From Spizellomyces punctatus DAOM BR117 (lineage: Eukaryota): DNA of 27,832 nt. Position numbers and translations under genes: made by a program. The stretch lies in the NCBI GenBank assembly GCA_000182565.2, contig KQ257460.1; one strand, given 5' to 3'. The first letter of the stretch is position 1. Each line of letters opens with the position of its first letter. Positions 22,340 to 27,832 of the stretch are shown here, piece by piece. A model generated the notes under the pieces. That model did not search any database. It had not been told where the DNA came from and saw only the letters and a list, made by a program, of their open reading frames with translations.

Positions 22340-23620
22340 AAAAGTCCTCCAAAGCAAGCTGAAGCCCTACAAAGGCAACAGGAATGTCCAAGAGATTAGG
22401 ACATACCTCCTCAGACTTGAAGAGTACTTCCAGGCAGCTGCAGATCTATCACCAGAAGGCCAACTGTTAGTAGCCACCACCTACTTGGAACTCCATGCTG
22501 AAGTCTGGTGGCAAAGCCATGTCAAGAACCACCCATTAGGATCCCCTCTCAGAATCCAGTCACAGATCTATCACCAGAAGGCCAACTGTTAGTAGCAACC
22601 ACCTACTTGGAAGTCCATGCTGAAGTCTGGTGGCAAAGCCATGTCAAGAACCACCCATTAGGATCCCCTCTCAGAATCCAGTCTTGGGACCAGTTCAAGA
22701 GAGCCCTTCAAGAGAACTTCCTCCCAGCAAATGCCACCAGAGCAGCAAGAGACCAGTTAGCCAGGCTCAAACAACAAGGCTCAGTAAAGGAGTACCTGAA
22801 CCAGTTCAATACTTTATGCCTTCAGGTGGATGACTTGTCAGAAGCTGAAAAGTTAGACAAGTTTATCAGAGGGCTTAAACCCAGGGTTCAGGAACAACTG
22901 GAGCTTAATCCCACCAGTACCATCAACTTAGCCACAGCTGCAGCAACAGCTGATAGGATTGACCAGATCCAGTTCAGCTACCAGAGAAGAAGCCAGGCCA
23001 CCAGCTACTACTCCCCCAAGACTGAGAACTCTGGAGTAGTCCCTATGGATATAGATAGTATATCCACCAACTCTGGGAAGCCTCTCTCCAAACTCACTGA
23101 GGCTGAGAAGACTGAGCTCAGAAAGAAGGGAGCCTGTTTCAGGTGCAGAAAACCAGGCCATATTGCCCCTCTCTGCCCCTTGAAGACCAAGCACCAGGGA
23201 AATGGCAAGCAGACTCAGTAGAAGATGGAGGTTCTGCCTCTACTGGGGAAGATATCAAGAACCAAAACCCTGACACCCACCACCTGGTACACTCTCCTGT
23301 TATTCAACCCTTGGACCTATTGGACCCACCTGAAACCACCCCTGAGACTTTAACTATCCATGGACTTTACCTGGAAACCCAGGGAATCCCAGAACCCCAG
23401 AGAACCCCAGAATCCCAGAGAACCCCAGAAACCCAGAGAACCCCAGAACTCCAGGGAACCCAAGAACTCCAGAGAACCCAAGAACCCCAGAAAACCCTAG
23501 AACCCCAGGAAACCCAGGAACCCCAGAGAACCCCAGAACCCCAGAGAACCCAGGCCACCTACCAAGAAAGCAAAATCCATGTAGTAGAGGTGGCTCCATA
23601 CTCTTTAAGTACCCCCAAAG
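22340..23620 (+). pseudogene. Ty3/gypsy gag fragment plus pol leader, copy 1 (1281 bp)
   Basis: Retrotrans_gag-like AEVWWQ...SWDQFKRALQENF...LKQQGSVKEYLNQF...FIRGLKP, PMDID and knuckle CFRCRKPGHIAPLC; stop at 23221. 5'-truncated, with an internal 122-bp duplication. Confidence 0.92.
23375..23552 (+). repeat. 9/18-bp coding minisatellite (PQRTPE-like); also at 26201-26378, related to 18141-18420
   Basis: Iterated ccccagagaaccccagaa. Confidence 0.9.
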
Positions 23621-25165
23621 TATTGAAACTTAGCGCTTGGAACACTGATCTCCTGTGTAAAAATCACTTCTGAAAGGCCTAGTAATGCCTGTGGCCGCTA
23701 GTAAGACTTCTGGGTGCAGTAACTTGTGGGATAACATGCTTGTATTAATCCAGAGACATTCAAAAGTCCCCTTTATATAACCCAGTACATTCTCCAGCCT
23801 CCCTCTGCCTTTGTTTACTGTGTACATGCGTCAGCCCCACTTGTTTACATGCTCAGCCATGCTCAGCAGTGCTCAGCAGCTTCAGCCATGCCTTGGCAAA
23901 CATTACCTGAAGATCTAGATCATCACAAACCTTCCAGACCTTCTAAGAGTGCTTACATGATGATTTTATTGAACTTAGCGCTTGGAACACTGATTTCCCG
24001 TGTAGAAATCACTTCTGAAAGGCTTAGTAATGCCTGTGGCCGCTAGTAAGACTTCTGGGTGCAGTAACTTATGGGATAACACGCTTGTATTAATCCAGAG
24101 ACATTCAAAAGTCCCCTTTATTTAACCCAGTACATTCTCCAGCCTCCCTCTGCCTTTGTTTACTGTTTACATGCTTCAGCCCACTTGTTTACATGCTCAG
24201 CCATGCTCAGCAGTGCTCAGCAGCTTCAGCCATGCCTTGGCAAACATTACCTGAAGATCTAGATCATCACAAACCTTTCAGACCTTCTAAGACTGCTTAC
24301 ATGATGATTTTATTGAACTTAGCGCTTGGAACACTGATTTCCCGTGTAGAAATCACTTCTGAAAGGCTTAGTAATGCCTGTGGCCGCTAGTAAGACTTCT
24401 GGGTGCAGTAACTTGTGGGATAACACGCTTGTATTAATCCAGAGACATTCAAAAGTCCCCTTTATTTAACCCAGTACATTCTCCAGCCTCCCTCCGCCTT
24501 TGTTTACTGTTTACATGCTTCAGCCCACTTGTTTACATGCTCAGCCATGCTCAGCAGTGCTCAGCAGCTTCAGCCATGCCTTGGCAAACATTACCTGAAG
24601 ATCTAGATCATCACAAACCTTTCAGACCTTCTAAGAGTGCTTACATGATGATTTTATTGAACTTAGCGCTTGGAACACTGATTTCCCGTGTAGAAATCAC
24701 TTCTGAAAGGCTTAGTAATGCCTGTGGCCGCTAGTAAGACTTCTGGGTGCAGTAACTTATGGGATAACATGCTTGTATTAATCCAGAGACGTTCAAAAGT
24801 CCCCTTTATTTAACCCAGTACATTCTCCAGCCTCCCTCCGCCTTTGTTTACTGTTTACATGCTTCAGCCCACTTGTTTACATGCTCAGCCATGCTCAGCC
24901 GTGCTCAGCAGCTTCAGCCATGCCTTGGCAAACATTACCTGAAGATCTAGATCATCACAAACCTTCCAGACCTTCTAAGACTGCTTACATGATGATTTAC
25001 CCCTTTAAATCATTCCACACGCGTCTGTGATCATTCTGATTACTCTAAGTCCAATTCCCCACGTTGTAACTTAGCCAAATCAGATGTGAACTGTCTAATG
25101 ACATCCCAGCATGATCTCACATGATTTATAGATCATACAGCGTGGTTTAAGCCTGAATCTCAACA
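23621..25165 (-). repeat. LTR array 2: three partial units (23621, 23967, 24311) plus a full LTR (24655-25165)
   Basis: Same unit with a 344-346 bp period. Confidence 0.95.
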
Positions 25166-26446
25166 AAAAGTCCTCCAAAGCAAGCTGAAGCCCTACAAAG
25201 GCAACAGGAATGTCCAAGAGATTAGGACATACCTCCTCAGACTTGAAGAGTACTTCCAGGCAGCTGCAGATCTATCACCAGAAGGCCAACTGTTAGTAGC
25301 CACCACCTACTTGGAACTCCATGCTGAAGTCTGGTGGCAAAGCCATGTCAAGAACCACCCATTAGGATCCCCTCTCAGAATCCAGTTGCAGATCTATCAC
25401 CAGAAGGCCAACTGTTAGTAGCGACCACCTACTTGGAAGTCCATGCTGAAGTCTGGTGGCAAAGCCATGTCAAGAACCACCCATTAGGATCCCCTCTCAG
25501 AATCCAGTCTTGGGACCAGTTCAAGAGAGCCCTTCAAGAGAACTTCCTCCCAGCAAATGCCACCAGAGCAGCAAGAGACCAGTTAGCCAGGCTCAAACAA
25601 CAAGGCTCAGTAAAGGAGTACCTGAACCAGTTCAATACTTTATGCCTTCAGGTGGATGACTTGTCAGAAGCTGAAAAGTTAGACAAGTTTATCAGAGGGC
25701 TTAAACCCAGGGTTCAGGAACAACTGGAGCTTAATCCCACCAGTACCATCAACTTAGCCACAGCTGCAGCAACAGCTGATAGGATTGACCAGATCCAGTT
25801 CAGCTACCAGAGAAGAAGCCAGGCCACCAGCTACTACTCCCCCAAGACTGAGAACTCTGGAGTAGTCCCTATGGATATAGATAGTATATCCACCAACTCT
25901 GGGAAGCCTCTCTCCAAACTCACTGAGGCTGAGAAGACTGAGCTCAGAAAGAAGGGAGCCTGTTTCAGGTGCAGAAAACCAGGCCATATTGCCCCTCTCT
26001 GCCCCTTGAAGACCAAGCACCAGGGAAATGGCAAGCAGACTCAGTAGAAGATGGAGGTTCTGCCTCTACTGGGGAAGATATCAAGAACCAAAACCCTGAC
26101 ACCCACCACCTGGTACACTCTCCTGTTATTCAACCCTTGGACCTATTGGACCCACCTGAAACCACCCCTGAGACTTTAACTATCCATGGACTTTACCTGG
26201 AAACCCAGGGAATCCCAGAACCCCAGAGAACCCCAGAATCCCAGAGAACCCCAGAAACCCAGAGAACCCCAGAACTCCAGGGAACCCAAGAACTCCAGAG
26301 AACCCAAGAACCCCAGAAAACCCTAGAACCCCAGGAAACCCAGGAACCCCAGAGAACCCCAGAACCCCAGAGAACCCAGGCCACCTACCAAGAAAGCAAA
26401 ATCCATGTAGTAGAGGTGGCTCCATACTCTTTAAGTACCCCCAAAG
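25166..26446 (+). pseudogene. Ty3/gypsy gag fragment, copy 2
   Basis: Near-identical to 22340-23620 at an offset of 2826, with identical junctions. Confidence 0.92.
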
Positions 26447-27302
26447 TATTGAAACTTAGCGCTTGGAACACTGATCTCCTGTGTAAAAATCACTTCTGAA
26501 AGGCCTAGTAATGCCTGTGGCCACTAGTAAGACTTCTGGGTGCAGTAACTTGTGGGATAACATGCTTGTATTAATCCAGAGACATTCAAAAGTCCCCTTT
26601 ATATAACCCAGTACATTCTCCAGCCTCCCTCTGCCTTTGTTTACTGTTTACATGCTTCAGCCCACTTGTTTACATGCTCAGCCATGCTCAGCAGTGCTCA
26701 GCAGCTTCAGCCATGCCTTGGCAAACATTACCTGAAGATCTAGATCATCACAAACCTTCCAGACCTTCTAAGAGTGCTTACATGATGATTTTATTGAACT
26801 TAGCGCTTGGAACACTGATTTCCCGTGTAGAAATCACTTCTGAAAGGCTTAGTAATGCCTGTGGCCGCTAGTAAGACTTCTGGGTGCAGTAACTTATGGG
26901 ATAACACGCTTGTATTAATCCAGAGACATTCAAAAGTCCCCTTTATTTAACCCAGTACATTCTCCAGCCTCCCTCCGCCTTTGTTTGCTGTTTACATGCT
27001 TCAGCCCACTTGTTTACATGCTCAGCCATGCTCAGCCGTGCTCAGCAGCTTCAGCCATGCCTTGGCAAACATTACCTGAAGATCTAGATCATCACAAACC
27101 TTCCAGACCTTCTAAGACTGCTTACATGATGATTTACCCCTTTAAATCATTCCACACGCGTCTGTGATCATTCTGATTACTCTAAGTCCAATTCCCCACG
27201 TTGTAACTTAGCCAAATCAGATGTGAACTGTCTAATGACATCCCAGCATGATCTCACATGATTTATAGATCATACAGCGTGGTTTAAGCCTGAATCTCAA
27301 CA
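26447..27302 (-). repeat. LTR array 3: one partial unit (26447) plus a full LTR (26792-27302)
   Basis: Same unit; the first unit shares diagnostic variants with the unit at 23621. Confidence 0.95.
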
Positions 27303-27832
27303 AAAAGTCCTCCAAAGCAAGCTGAAGCCCTACAAAGGCAACAGGAATGTCCAAGAGATTAGGACATACCTCCTCAGACTTGAAGAGTACTTCCAGGCAG
27401 CTGCAGATCTATCACCAGAAGGCCAACTGTTAGTAGCCACCACCTACTTGGAACTCCATGCTGAAGTCTGGTGGCAAAGCCATGTCAAGAACCACCCATT
27501 AGGATCCCCTCTCAGAATCCAGTTGCAGATCTATCACCAGAAGGCCAACTGTTAGTAGCGACCACCTACTTGGAAGTCCATGCTGAAGTCTGGTGGCAAA
27601 GCCATGTCAAGAACCACCCATTAGGATCCCCTCTCAGAATCCAGTCTTGGGACCAGTTCAAGAGAGCCCTTCAAGAGAACTTCCTCCCAGCAAATGCCAC
27701 CAGAGCAGCAAGAGACCAGTTAGCCAGGCTCAAACAACAAGGCTCAGTAAAGGAGTACCTGAACCAGTTCAATACTTTATGCCTTCAGGTGGATGACTTG
27801 TCAGAAGCTGGAAGAGTTAAGACAATTTATCA
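27303..27832 (+). pseudogene. Ty3/gypsy gag fragment, copy 3 (cut by the window end)
   Basis: Same start AAAAGTCCTCC and the same 122-bp duplication. Confidence 0.9.

Noticed and set aside
23616-25170. CAAAG / AAAAG flanks as a 5-bp target-site duplication of the LTR block
   Set aside because: Only a 4/5 match. The flanks derive from different parts of the gypsy element (pre-protease vs gag N-terminus), so two independent insertions are simpler, although a mutated TSD is not excluded.
18136-26425. Minus-strand Gly/Phe/Leu/Trp-rich ORFs (GFSGVLG..., WGSGVL...)
   Set aside because: These are antisense readings of the coding minisatellite.
21367-26871. Repeated 65-aa ORF MLSHAQQCSAASAMPWQ...
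   Set aside because: It is antisense to the LTR, spans the unit junction and has no recognisable domain; it is a by-product of the repeat.
21141-27302. CRISPR-like array
   Set aside because: Units are 344-bp LTR segments with no unique spacers, there are no cas genes, and the context is eukaryotic.

Overview
Eukaryotic, intron-rich fungal DNA; an early-diverging fungus such as a chytrid is my inference from the gene set and intron style. Positions 1-17.1 kb are a compact block of housekeeping genes: RIC1 (-), a KHDC4/BLOM7-like KH protein (-), VTC4 (+), CWF18/CCDC12 (-), ADE4 (-) and PAN3 (+). Right after PAN3 the sequence switches abruptly to a strongly CpG-depleted retrotransposon island (17.1-27.8 kb). 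The island is built from one ~512-bp Ty1/copia LTR (TG...TA ends, half-tRNA-iMet primer site), a deleted copia gag-integrase body and Ty3/gypsy gag/protease fragments. These form a higher-order tandem array: [1281-bp gypsy gag fragment + full LTR plus 1-3 copies of a 344-bp partial LTR], repeated three times. Every TE junction falls exactly on an LTR terminus. Most TE coding fragments would be transcribed antisense or convergently from the LTR promoters. This is a candidate centromeric/heterochromatic or small-RNA-producing locus. An unexplained structured stretch at 11.0-11.5 kb may be an ncRNA. Exon boundaries were read by eye, and CDS coordinates are whole-gene spans.
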